In this document: piece by piece, positions 11,730-21,032 of the stretch | How positions within the stretch are numbered: the stretch's first letter is position 1 | Layout: each line of letters starts with the position of its first letter | DNA from: Bigelowiella natans CCMP2755 | Lineage: Eukaryota > Protista > Cercozoa | Direction: 5' to 3' | DNA length: 64,000 bases | NCBI GenBank assembly: GCA_000320545.1 | Contig: ADNK01000096.1 | Coordinates: 124,001-188,000 of the forward strand | Notes under the pieces: generated by a model | Seen by the model: only the letters and a program-made list of their open reading frames with translations | What the model was told of the DNA's origin: nothing | Database searches by the model: none | Made by a program: the position numbers and the translations under genes

Positions 11730-14700
11730 TCATCGCTTTCGGAACTTCACCAACCACCAGGTAATAGATTCCTCTCTAACCTTATCTCCTTTGTCGCTTA
11801 CCCAGAACTCACCTTCGTCCTTAGGTTCGTGTCCATACCAGCCCTCTGCATCAAGGTCCCCCAGGACCTTATACCAGTGCTCAAAGGGTAAGTCGGGAAC
11901 AGCTAGGTAGAGTAGCTGATATTTTCCGTCCTTTATTTTCATAGCTACCCTCTCCATATTTCGTAATCCAGGGTAGCCTAGATAGACAATCTTCATGCGC
12001 CAATCGTCGTTCACCCTGACCTTATTGTTTCCATATTCCACATCGAACTTAGGTCGGGGTCCTAAACAAGGCATTGCTCGCTCCCACACAGTAGGGTTTA
12101 CTTTAACATCCTCTAGGAGCTTCTCACCGATATCATAATTCTTTAGGTGACTGATGTGGCGCAAGGTGACCCTGTTCCCATCATAGATGTAGTACTGCTT
12201 CCTCCCCTTCCTCTCGGTAACCTTTGCAACGCCACCCCAGAAGGGGTCTTGTTTATTTCTCGATCTCAGATTTACCTTGGCCCTAACATACTGTCCTTCC
12301 TTTAGAACTCGGCCATCGTACGGGACCTTCTCGTCTTCGCTCTCGGTATCGTCGTCGTTGTCGTCGCCTTCTTCCCTCTCCTTATCCTTGATACCTCCCC
12401 CAGACGTGAAGGTGTCGTTTACTAACCCTTGTATCTTGTCTGGTGTGGTGCTATTTATCCTGCTTAGGTTGGCCAAGGTGCGGTGGAGTCGCTCTACCTT
12501 GGAGTTGGACTGGGCATAGTATACAGGTGAGGCATCAATATTAGGGTGTGGTAGCTGTAGAAGAGAGGTCTCATTATCCACATGTAACTTCTTTGGTATC
12601 TTGTTTATGCTAACTTCATCAGGGATAGCCTGGAGCTCAGACTCCCAGGTACGGTAGCAGTTAGTAAGCCTCTGCTTATATAAGCCTTTGTTCTTCTTAG
12701 CAACGTTGACCTTGATAATCTTTTTAACCCAGCACTTTCCAGTGGCCACATCAACGAAGGTAAGGTAGTGATAGCCATCGTACTTATAAACATCAATTTG
12801 CACGATATCTAAGAAGTTCCTTGCTTTGATTTTCTTAGATGCACGGCTCTTGCTGGACTCCTTGGTGGCGACGCCTGCCGCCTTCAAGCTGGAGCACCTG
12901 CAGCCACGCAGGTATGTCCTTATCTCTTTTAGCTTGTAGGGCCAGTAGTAATGGTAGAGTAGAGCAGTGATATGGTTTTCTCCTACGTGTGCAGGTCCAT
13001 GGGCGGTAAAGAGAAGGGCTCCCCTGGTCCGCCGTGGCACGTAGGTACGCCTAACATTATTAGTGTATACATATATCCTATCACTAAGTACCTCATGCTT
13101 GTGTTTGTATTTATCCAGGTGTTCTTGAAGGTGCTGGAGCTCCTCTGGCTCAGGCAGGAAGTCGCCGTCCTCGAAGGTAATCGCGTTAACCATAGGGGTG
13201 ACCTGGGTAGGGACTTTCTTTTCGAACAGCCTGCTGAAATAGTCAGCAAGCTGCTTGTCTCCTGGTGCGTAGACCACTGTCCTCTTGTCCCTAAACTCTT
13301 CCGTGTCCGCCCTCATAGCTGCATACTCATCGTTAGGCGCTTCGAGCTTGCGGTCGATGCCTAGGAGGGGCTTGTGGTCAGTCATTAAGGTGAAGCTGGG
13401 CACCGACAGCAGGTAGTATCTTAGTTTCCTCTGCGCCTCAGTCATGGCTTTATACTCTCCTTTTGTAGGGCTGTACTTGGCCTCAGCTGCTGTGCAGGCC
13501 CTGCCCCACACCCGTATGATCTGCTGGTCTTGGGTAAGTACAGCAGCCATACCTAGCTTAGACCAGTCTGTCCATAGGGTAGCTGGTCTAGTAGTGTCTA
13601 GCTTAGCATTCAATAGGGTGTTGCTGCATAACTTTATTAGGTTATCGAAGTGGGCATCAAGGCCAGCCTTGGCCCACACCTTAGCGAAGCTGAGGCCTAC
13701 AGAGTTCTCCTTCCGGTAAGCAGTAGTAAAAGCAGCTGCAGTCCTAGCGTAGGTAGGGGAGAACCTACGTAGTATCCAAGCTGCAGTCTGCAAGAATGAC
13801 TTTAACTCCTTTGCATTCTTAGGTTTAGGGGCTTGCTGTAGTGCTGCTACTTTCTCGGGGTTTGGGGTGATGCGGCCTTGCTCCAGGTAATATCCACACC
13901 ACTTGATTCTTGTAGCTAGGAATGTACACTTCTGCAGTCTAATAGTAAAACCGAAGTGTGCAAACCTAATAAATATATTTTCCAGGAGGAAGATCTGAGC
14001 GACGACTGTGTTGGTACATATTATGTCATCATCCACATACACAAACACAAACACCCACAACACAGACGCCATCCCATCATGTGTGTATGCCCTGTAGTTC
14101 TGACTACTGAACGCATCCCCTGATATGCTTAGGCCGTAAGGGAATACGACGAAGTGCCACTTCCTGTGCCTGCTGGAGAACGCGGTAATGGGGCGGGAGG
14201 TTTTGTGGATGGGTGTCTGCATGTATGATTCATTTTTATCTAGGGAAGAGTAGTATTTGTATCCTATGACGTGTTCAATAACGTCATCTATCCTTGGTGT
14301 AGGTGTCTGGATCCTCTTTATTACTCGGTTGTGGCGGATGAAGTTGTGCGCCAGGCGGAAGAAAGGGTAAGTAGGTTTCTTAGCTAGCACATGTCTCACG
14401 TTCCATGGTGAGTTGCTTGGCTCTATCTTCCCTTCCTTTGCCCATTCATTGATCTGCCACTCTATCTTTTCCCAGTCCGCTTCCGGTCGCCTATGTTCTG
14501 GGTCATTGATGATGCACTCTTCGTATCCCTTCTTTAGCTCGATCTTTACTGGGGTAAGCTTGCTGGAGGGCTTCGTCGTCGGCTTGGTGATGTCAGAGTA
14601 CTTCTCGTTTAATATTTTATTAATGTACTTTTTGCCTTTGTCGATATCCCAATCATCAGCTGGGGGGGTCTTGTCCAGTAGCTCCGTTATCTGTCGGATG

Positions 14701-16703
14701 GTCTTGCCGGGGTTCTTCTTCCGTAGCTCGGTAGGTGTAGGTAGCTTGTTGTCCGCTAGGTCCATAAACTCTAACGCATTAACGCTTGACTCAGAGGTCC
14801 ACTCGTCAAGCCGTATCATGTTCTGGCTGATGGTCCTGCCTGACTTCTTTGGCAACTTAGCAAAGTATATCTTGTGATTGTAGAATGATATGATCCCCCC
14901 TAATTTTTCTAGGGCATCCTGTCCGAGGAGTAGTTCCATGGATAAAGTCATGGCTACTCGGGTCTTGATTTGGGTCTCCGCGTCGCTGCCAGGTATCTGT
15001 AGCTTTAGCATTAGCTCACCGACGGTCTTCATGGAAGAGCTTCCGTCTGCTTGAGCATATTTACGTTCTTTCTTAGTCACTTGATCCAATAGTCCTAACC
15101 TTCTTACTGTGCTTAGGCTTATGAAGGACTTCGGCATGCTGCCACTATCCCAAAGGGCAGGTAGTTTCTTGTAGTCTCCGTAGCTGTCTTTAACTTTAAC
15201 CTTGGTCATAGCAACTTTGATAGTCCTGTTAGCGTCTTCGTCATTAATGTTGCATACTCCTAAGTTCTTTATGTCGTCTAGGGTCATGGGCTTGTCTTGG
15301 TCCTGCGTTGCTGGTACTGCTGTCTTCGTCGGCGCCTGCTTAAGGTGATCTAATATTCCGTTTATCTGCTGCTGTATAGCATTGATACTGTTCTGCTTTT
15401 TGTTCTTATATTTATTGTTCTTCCCGTTGTTGCTGCCTTGCCATTTGCTGTTGTTATATCCTTGTCCTCTGCCTTTCTTTCTCTTTAACTTCTCGTAGTG
15501 TTCGTTGAGCTGCCTGATCGTCATCCTGGGTCGTCCTTCTTTCCTGTCTCTGCAGTCTTTAGCGGTGTGTTTCCCTTTACGTGAGCAGTATCCGCAACGT
15601 CGGTTACCTTCCCTGTCCTTGTACCAGTCTCGCTGCGGCTTAATAGCGTTAATGTTTCCTATGCCAGGTACCTTAGGGCTGGTAAACTTGCGGTCCTGCT
15701 CCTGCTCGCGTAGGGATATAGCCTGCACTGCTGCCTCCATCGTGGTGTAGCCTTTCTCCGTAACGTAAGTGGATTCCTTTATCTTTAACTTGAACTCTTC
15801 AAACCTTGCCTGATCATCACCTGTGTTGTAATTAAAATCATGTAGTTCGTCGATCATATCCTGGAAGCGCGTGGCAAAGTCTCTAACAGGTTCTCTCTCA
15901 TGCTGCATCATTGCTCTGTATTTTCTAATAGCCTGGGGTAGGGAGTTAGCATCCTGTTCATTTACAAAAGCCTTCATTATCGCCTCAACGTCTCGTAGCC
16001 CACTAACTGTAGTGTGTATTTTCTCTAGCTGCCTGATCCGGGTCCTGCCTGTCTCGTAAAGGTCCATGGCTTGCTTTATTATAGCTAGCCATTTGAGCTT
16101 GTCGTTTTCGGTGGGGTTAGGGGTAAAGTCGCAGAGTATACTCCTAGCGTTCTTCCACCACCTCCTTGCCTCACCTCTTTTCCCGTTGTATTTCGTTATC
16201 ATAACCGGTGCTGTTTTAACAGACATGAACTGGGTGTTCCGCTGTACCGGCTGCTGCTGCTTGACGGTGCTCTGGGTCGTCCCCCGCGAGGCGCCCAGAC
16301 CCCCGTCGTTCCTAAACAAAGCTGCCCACTCTGGAGGTAAGTCTGCTTCGTAATCCATGATGTCCTGCATGATAGCTGCCCAAACATCATGTGTCTGATA
16401 CTTGTATTCTATCGATACTTTCAGTTTGGCGTAGTTGCTCGCCCTGGGTCGCAAGGCTCGTAATGCCATTACGACCTTCTTGCTTTCGGCGGCCACGTCC
16501 TCGTCGTCCGCCTCGTAGAAGTTCTCCAGTGCCTCTGCTGCAGCATCTGCTTTCTTAATCCCGGGTGCTGGTCCCGGCGGTGCCTGTGGAGGTGTTCTTC
16601 CTCCTTCCTTAGCGTCCGTATCGCCCTTCCTTTCCTGTTTCTGCTCGTGCCCTCGCACGGCCTGCGAGCCAAAGTCCTGCCGTTCTTCTAGCTGCTGTGA
16701 CAT
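11730..16703 (-). CDS. Gag-Pol polyprotein, 1657 aa (Gag CCHC, aspartic protease, RT, RNase H, integrase, extra C-terminal domain)
   Basis: CGYC..H..C knuckle; ALWDSGS protease; VYVDD RT; LWTDWS/TDHKPL/ADYFSR RNase H; H..H..CRC plus QID/VDNE/KVER integrase; DPFW SH3-like segment. Confidence 0.96.
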   Translation of the reverse strand: MSQQLEERQDFGSQAVRGHEQKQERKGDTDAKEGGRTPPQAPPGPAPGIKKADAAAEALENFYEADDEDVAAESKKVVMALRALRPRASNYAKLKVSIEYKYQTHDVWAAIMQDIMDYEADLPPEWAALFRNDGGLGASRGTTQSTVKQQQPVQRNTQFMSVKTAPVMITKYNGKRGEARRWWKNARSILCDFTPNPTENDKLKWLAIIKQAMDLYETGRTRIRQLEKIHTTVSGLRDVEAIMKAFVNEQDANSLPQAIRKYRAMMQHEREPVRDFATRFQDMIDELHDFNYNTGDDQARFEEFKLKIKESTYVTEKGYTTMEAAVQAISLREQEQDRKFTSPKVPGIGNINAIKPQRDWYKDREGNRRCGYCSRKGKHTAKDCRDRKEGRPRMTIRQLNEHYEKLKRKKGRGQGYNNSKWQGSNNGKNNKYKNKKQNSINAIQQQINGILDHLKQAPTKTAVPATQDQDKPMTLDDIKNLGVCNINDEDANRTIKVAMTKVKVKDSYGDYKKLPALWDSGSMPKSFISLSTVRRLGLLDQVTKKERKYAQADGSSSMKTVGELMLKLQIPGSDAETQIKTRVAMTLSMELLLGQDALEKLGGIISFYNHKIYFAKLPKKSGRTISQNMIRLDEWTSESSVNALEFMDLADNKLPTPTELRKKNPGKTIRQITELLDKTPPADDWDIDKGKKYINKILNEKYSDITKPTTKPSSKLTPVKIELKKGYEECIINDPEHRRPEADWEKIEWQINEWAKEGKIEPSNSPWNVRHVLAKKPTYPFFRLAHNFIRHNRVIKRIQTPTPRIDDVIEHVIGYKYYSSLDKNESYMQTPIHKTSRPITAFSSRHRKWHFVVFPYGLSISGDAFSSQNYRAYTHDGMASVLWVFVFVYVDDDIICTNTVVAQIFLLENIFIRFAHFGFTIRLQKCTFLATRIKWCGYYLEQGRITPNPEKVAALQQAPKPKNAKELKSFLQTAAWILRRFSPTYARTAAAFTTAYRKENSVGLSFAKVWAKAGLDAHFDNLIKLCSNTLLNAKLDTTRPATLWTDWSKLGMAAVLTQDQQIIRVWGRACTAAEAKYSPTKGEYKAMTEAQRKLRYYLLSVPSFTLMTDHKPLLGIDRKLEAPNDEYAAMRADTEEFRDKRTVVYAPGDKQLADYFSRLFEKKVPTQVTPMVNAITFEDGDFLPEPEELQHLQEHLDKYKHKHEVLSDRIYVYTNNVRRTYVPRRTRGALLFTAHGPAHVGENHITALLYHYYWPYKLKEIRTYLRGCRCSSLKAAGVATKESSKSRASKKIKARNFLDIVQIDVYKYDGYHYLTFVDVATGKCWVKKIIKVNVAKKNKGLYKQRLTNCYRTWESELQAIPDEVSINKIPKKLHVDNETSLLQLPHPNIDASPVYYAQSNSKVERLHRTLANLSRINSTTPDKIQGLVNDTFTSGGGIKDKEREEGDDNDDDTESEDEKVPYDGRVLKEGQYVRAKVNLRSRNKQDPFWGGVAKVTERKGRKQYYIYDGNRVTLRHISHLKNYDIGEKLLEDVKVNPTVWERAMPCLGPRPKFDVEYGNNKVRVNDDWRMKIVYLGYPGLRNMERVAMKIKDGKYQLLYLAVPDLPFEHWYKVLGDLDAEGWYGHEPKDEGEFWVSDKGDKVREESITWWLVKFRKR

Positions 16704-16719
16704 TGTTAGTCAAATCGTT

Positions 16720-16737
16720 TCCCGTGTGTGGAAGCCA
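16720..16737 (-). promoter_or_regulatory. Primer binding site TGGCTTCCACACACGGGA (complement of a tRNA 3' end, identity unresolved)
   Basis: 18 nt starting TGG, 5 nt inside the 5' LTR boundary; plus strand reads TCCCGTGTGTGGAAGCCA, ending in CCA. Confidence 0.75.
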
Positions 16738-16742
16738 AAGGT

Positions 16743-17067
16743 TGTTGCGCGTAAGGTGTTCACAGGCCGAGGCGCTACGTGCACAAGTAGGCAGGGGGGG
16801 GGAAAGGCACGTTTGCTTCCTTTTGAGAGTTGTGTTTATTTTTATTAAAGATTATATTTTTATTAAATCGTGCACTGCGTAATCATTCGCGAAGCTTTCG
16901 CGAATGCCGCCGCACGTGGGGCAGCACACTTCCGGTGTGCTGCCATGAGTCCCGCCGGAACCCACGTGCCTATGCTGTATTAATATCTACGTTATCTATA
17001 TTCTATATCCGCGACAACCCCTTTGTTGTCGCACGTGACTTGTGCCCGCGTAGTGGTACGCGCTACA
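16743..17067 (-). repeat. 5' LTR (325 bp)
   Basis: TG...CA ends; on the element strand a TATA-like TATAGAATA, then hairpins, then three AATAAA signals. Confidence 0.97.
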
Positions 17068-17715
17068 AAGCCTGGCGAACTCCAACCTGACAAGGCTGGC
17101 AAGTCAATGAATTTCAATTCTGACATCCAAGGCCAGGGCTGAAACAATCAACAGAAGTTGTCGGTGCGGTGGCTTTGAGTTTGGGACAAACCTGTCTGAC
17201 AAGTGTCCCTGCGTGACCACGTACAAGATGCAAGGGACCCCATCTGGAGCATCCGGCGCCTCAGGTGAGCGAGAGATGATTGACGCAGCGCCACATTGGC
17301 ACAATGTGTCATTGTTTTTGCACAGTGGGAGGTCCAGATTGAACTATGTGACGGCACTAGCTGTGGGAGTGTGCATGACTGTGGACAGACTAGCAGATCG
17401 ATCTGCAACGCATGTGCACATGCACGTTGTGTCCATTGCAATGTGCAGAAGAATGCCAATCCGACGGTTAGCGACACAAAGTGTATGCAACAGTCTAGCA
17501 GCAGCAGTCCCAAGTGTGTGTCATTTGCAGTAACCCATCATCGTATAAGTGGATGCGAGCTTCATGCATGCACATGCTGTGTTCAGAGTCGTGTTCATTT
17601 AATTGACACAAAACCAAAGAGTTTACATGAGCGAACACCAAGGAGCAAGCAACATCACAAAAACCAAAACTCTCATGGTCGCGGCTTCCAATTTTACCGC
17701 CCCCATTTCTTCACA

Positions 17716-18922
17716 CTAGGCGAGTTTGCTGGTGGCGAAATCGCGAGCGCTCTGCTGGAGGCCCTCCAGATCATCGCAAGTTGTAGCTCGCGCCTGTGCT
17801 GAATTCGGTTTGCCGCCACCTTTCCCGCCCCATTTTGCAAGTGCAGCAGCATTCCATTCACTCGCAATGAGGCCTGCCTCGACCTAGTTAAATAGAAAAC
17901 GGTGTCACACCACACAGTATCTCTACCAATCGGTAGGAGAAGCCTGTGCTCTCTTCGAGACAATATCGTCTAACCTGCTGCTTCGGTATCCAGCTTACGC
18001 AAAGCACAGCGCCTTGAGATCCTTTGTCGAACATAAGCAGGTATTAATCTTCTGATAGGATACTACTAACAAAACACAGCTATTGTTGAGAGATGAGTGA
18101 TAAATACTACCGGGCTCCTCTTCTGAGACTGCCATGAAGGGCAATTCAGGATATTCCTTGCTCACGGCATTGATCACTTTGTTGATGAGCTTAGCGTCCA
18201 GGCCCAGAGATATGACATGCACGAGGGATTTGGCTCCTTCAGATATCTGGTCAAAACTGTATATTTCAGCACTACCGAAAAAAATTATGAAGAAAATGAA
18301 GTAGAAGAGTATATAAATCGGGGCAAGCTGGGTGTGATCCATAGCAAATGTAGTGCTTCAGACCGCTTGCTGAGCTGCTTCTTTCGCGCTTTGTATTCGC
18401 ACATCCGTCAATGCTGCCATCTCCTTCTTCTTCTTTTCCATGACTTTCTTCCCCACAGCAGTGAGCTCATCCCTCAATACAGGCTTCAAACCAGCGGAGA
18501 TCCCCGAGGCGTCGACCTGGAGGAAAGTTCAAGAATGAAGCGACAACGTCGACGACGACAACGACGATCGATGCAAGGACTGCTTACAAAGAAATTCGTA
18601 AAGAATCAAAGCAGCAAGCAAGTAATCATCGTTACGAAGCAGTAGCTTACCTCTTCCCGAAGAGGTCCGAGCAATGGGGCAGCTTCTGATAGCGCTGCAT
18701 TGGTAAGAGACCGGACGCGGGAGGCCAGCTCAGCTCCTTTTCTCTCGGCTGAAGCAGCAGCGCCCCTTGTGACAGCCACCATTCTGCGAACACCCTTCGG
18801 GTTGTTGAAGCAGGAAAAAATAAAGAAAGCACGCGGCGTGAAAAGCTGTGCACAATCATCTTCGCCCCAACAATCGCATCTTTGTTCTTTGCCACCACCA
18901 AGACAGGGGGGAGAGAGAAAGA

Positions 18923-18981
<59 letters not shown>

Positions 18982-19431
18982 AGCCGCTTTAACTTACTTA
19001 ATCACACAGATGGCATATAGTACCATTATTTTTACTACTGAACTACTTTGGCGATAGCCGTCTCTTCCGTTATCACAAAGCTCTCTGCTTCAGCAGTGTT
19101 CATTACGTGCGTGCCTGCAGGTTACAGAGATACATTATTTTTCATTCGGGGTGTGGTCGATGAGCTCAATCATGATGCGAGATAGTGAAAAATGCAGCGG
19201 CTATGTAGTAGGTTGTTAGTGGTTACTGTTGTCATTCCTTTCATGGTAATCGCAGTAATTAGGAAGATAGTTTTCCCTTCAAATCGTACCTCCACACAAC
19301 TCCACGCTGTACCCTCCCCATTTTTCTTCGCTAGGTGCTGACTGCATATCCAACACCTGGGGGTAGCGAACATGCAACGGGTGAGGAGGAAGAAGAAGAC
19401 GTGGTAATGGCGCCGGGGCAGTTCCAAAAAG

Positions 19432-19478
<47 letters not shown>

Positions 19479-20390
19479 AAGAGGGAGAGGGGGGGGGGAG
19501 GGGAATGAAAGTGGAACACGCTTCAAATACGACCACCGCAATTCATTCGCACAATCAGCACTACTGTCGCTATGACACCCCGCCCGCTTGTCCTCCCTTA
19601 ATATGAACCGCTGATACAACAGTGGCCTTTCTTGTTCTTGAGTTGTTTACCTTGGCTCCTACGCTAACGACGCGCACGGGGTCAGGATATGCCTCACCGA
19701 ACACAGCTCGTAGGCTGCTTATGGCCTGCGCTTCTTTCAGCGGAATAACACTGGTATCGACCTTGTAGTAGTAGTAGCAGTAGTAATAGTAGTAGTAGTA
19801 GTAGTAAGGCACAGTGAAGACAGATGAGCAGGCCGATAATGACAACGATAGATCGCCGAGGATGAACTAACTGCTTGTGTTTTCCCCGGAAACAACCGAC
19901 CGCTCGATTGATTTGTTTCACGGCAGTTTGGCGATGTCGCGAGGACCGCGCATCATCTCTTTTTGTGCTTAAAAAAGACACCGTACATATCGCCTCTCGT
20001 GGCTGTTCTTTTTGGTTCGCTCTTTGAATACTACCGGCATGGCGTTTTCGATCACAGCCCTTACTGTGTCTTCAACCTGCCATTTATGAGATCAGATGAG
20101 CATATTGATTGTGGTGGTACGTGATGATAGTGGCGGGAAGGAGGAGGAGGAGGGTGGCATTATGATATAAGCCAGGGAGACATTCTGGGTATACAACGAT
20201 CAATCATAATTCTCAAAGGAAACTACTAAAAGCTCCTGCAAGTTTCTGCGATGACACCTACCTCCTTTATCTCCGATGCGGTGAGAGCTTTTTTGTACGA
20301 AAAATCGAACCTCAGCTTCTTGTCATCCACAAGCGATCCTGTGCGTATGGTAGTGGTAACGTTGTCTTGCGATTAGCAAACGCACACACA

Positions 20391-20441
<51 letters not shown>

Positions 20442-20585
20442 GAGAGAAGGGGGGGGATGGGGTCACCTCTTTGGTCAATTTCTGGCCCGAGAACCTTCCT
20501 CAGCGCATAGTTTAGCACGTGTGTCATCGTGTGATTTGGAGCGACGTCTCGCCGTCTCTCGTAGTCGACTTTACAAGTAGCCTTT

Positions 20586-20617
<32 letters not shown>

Positions 20618-20991
20618 TGCGCGTGCATTTTTTAGGTACAACGAAGAAAAAGGCAGCAAAGAAAGCGAACACGCAGCAACAAAACGCATGAAATCAAGAC
20701 AGAGAGAAGAAGAATGATGATCGACCGGACGCGCGGAGTTGCGTTGCACACAAAATCACACGGTCGACTACTACAAACAACTCATCCTCACTCGCTTCTA
20801 TTCGCTAGGACCTTGTCTCCTACGGTGATGGGGCCTTCGCCAGCAGCTGACGATGATACCACCCCGATGTGCACGATATATCCTGCGAAAACCTGTACGT
20901 CGTATACTCGGAAAACGTTACCTGCCGACACACAACATCAATGACAGCATAAGGTATCATCAAGTTGCTGCATCTATACGTGATTGAGTGA

Positions 20992-21032
<41 letters not shown>

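Larger units (their letters stand above)
11353..17067 (-). mobile_element. Intact Ty3/Gypsy-type LTR retrotransposon, very recent insertion
   Basis: Two TG...CA LTRs; TSD AAGC at 11349-11352 and 17068-17071; PBS, PPT and a single gag-pol ORF in PR-RT-RH-IN order. Confidence 0.97.

Noticed and set aside
16715-16737. tRNA gene
   Set aside because: Only an 18-nt 3'-end match including CCA; it is the PBS and has no cloverleaf
17104-17802. Cys/His-rich ORFs next to the 5' LTR resembling zinc fingers
   Set aside because: Same compositional artefact; no convincing finger spacing
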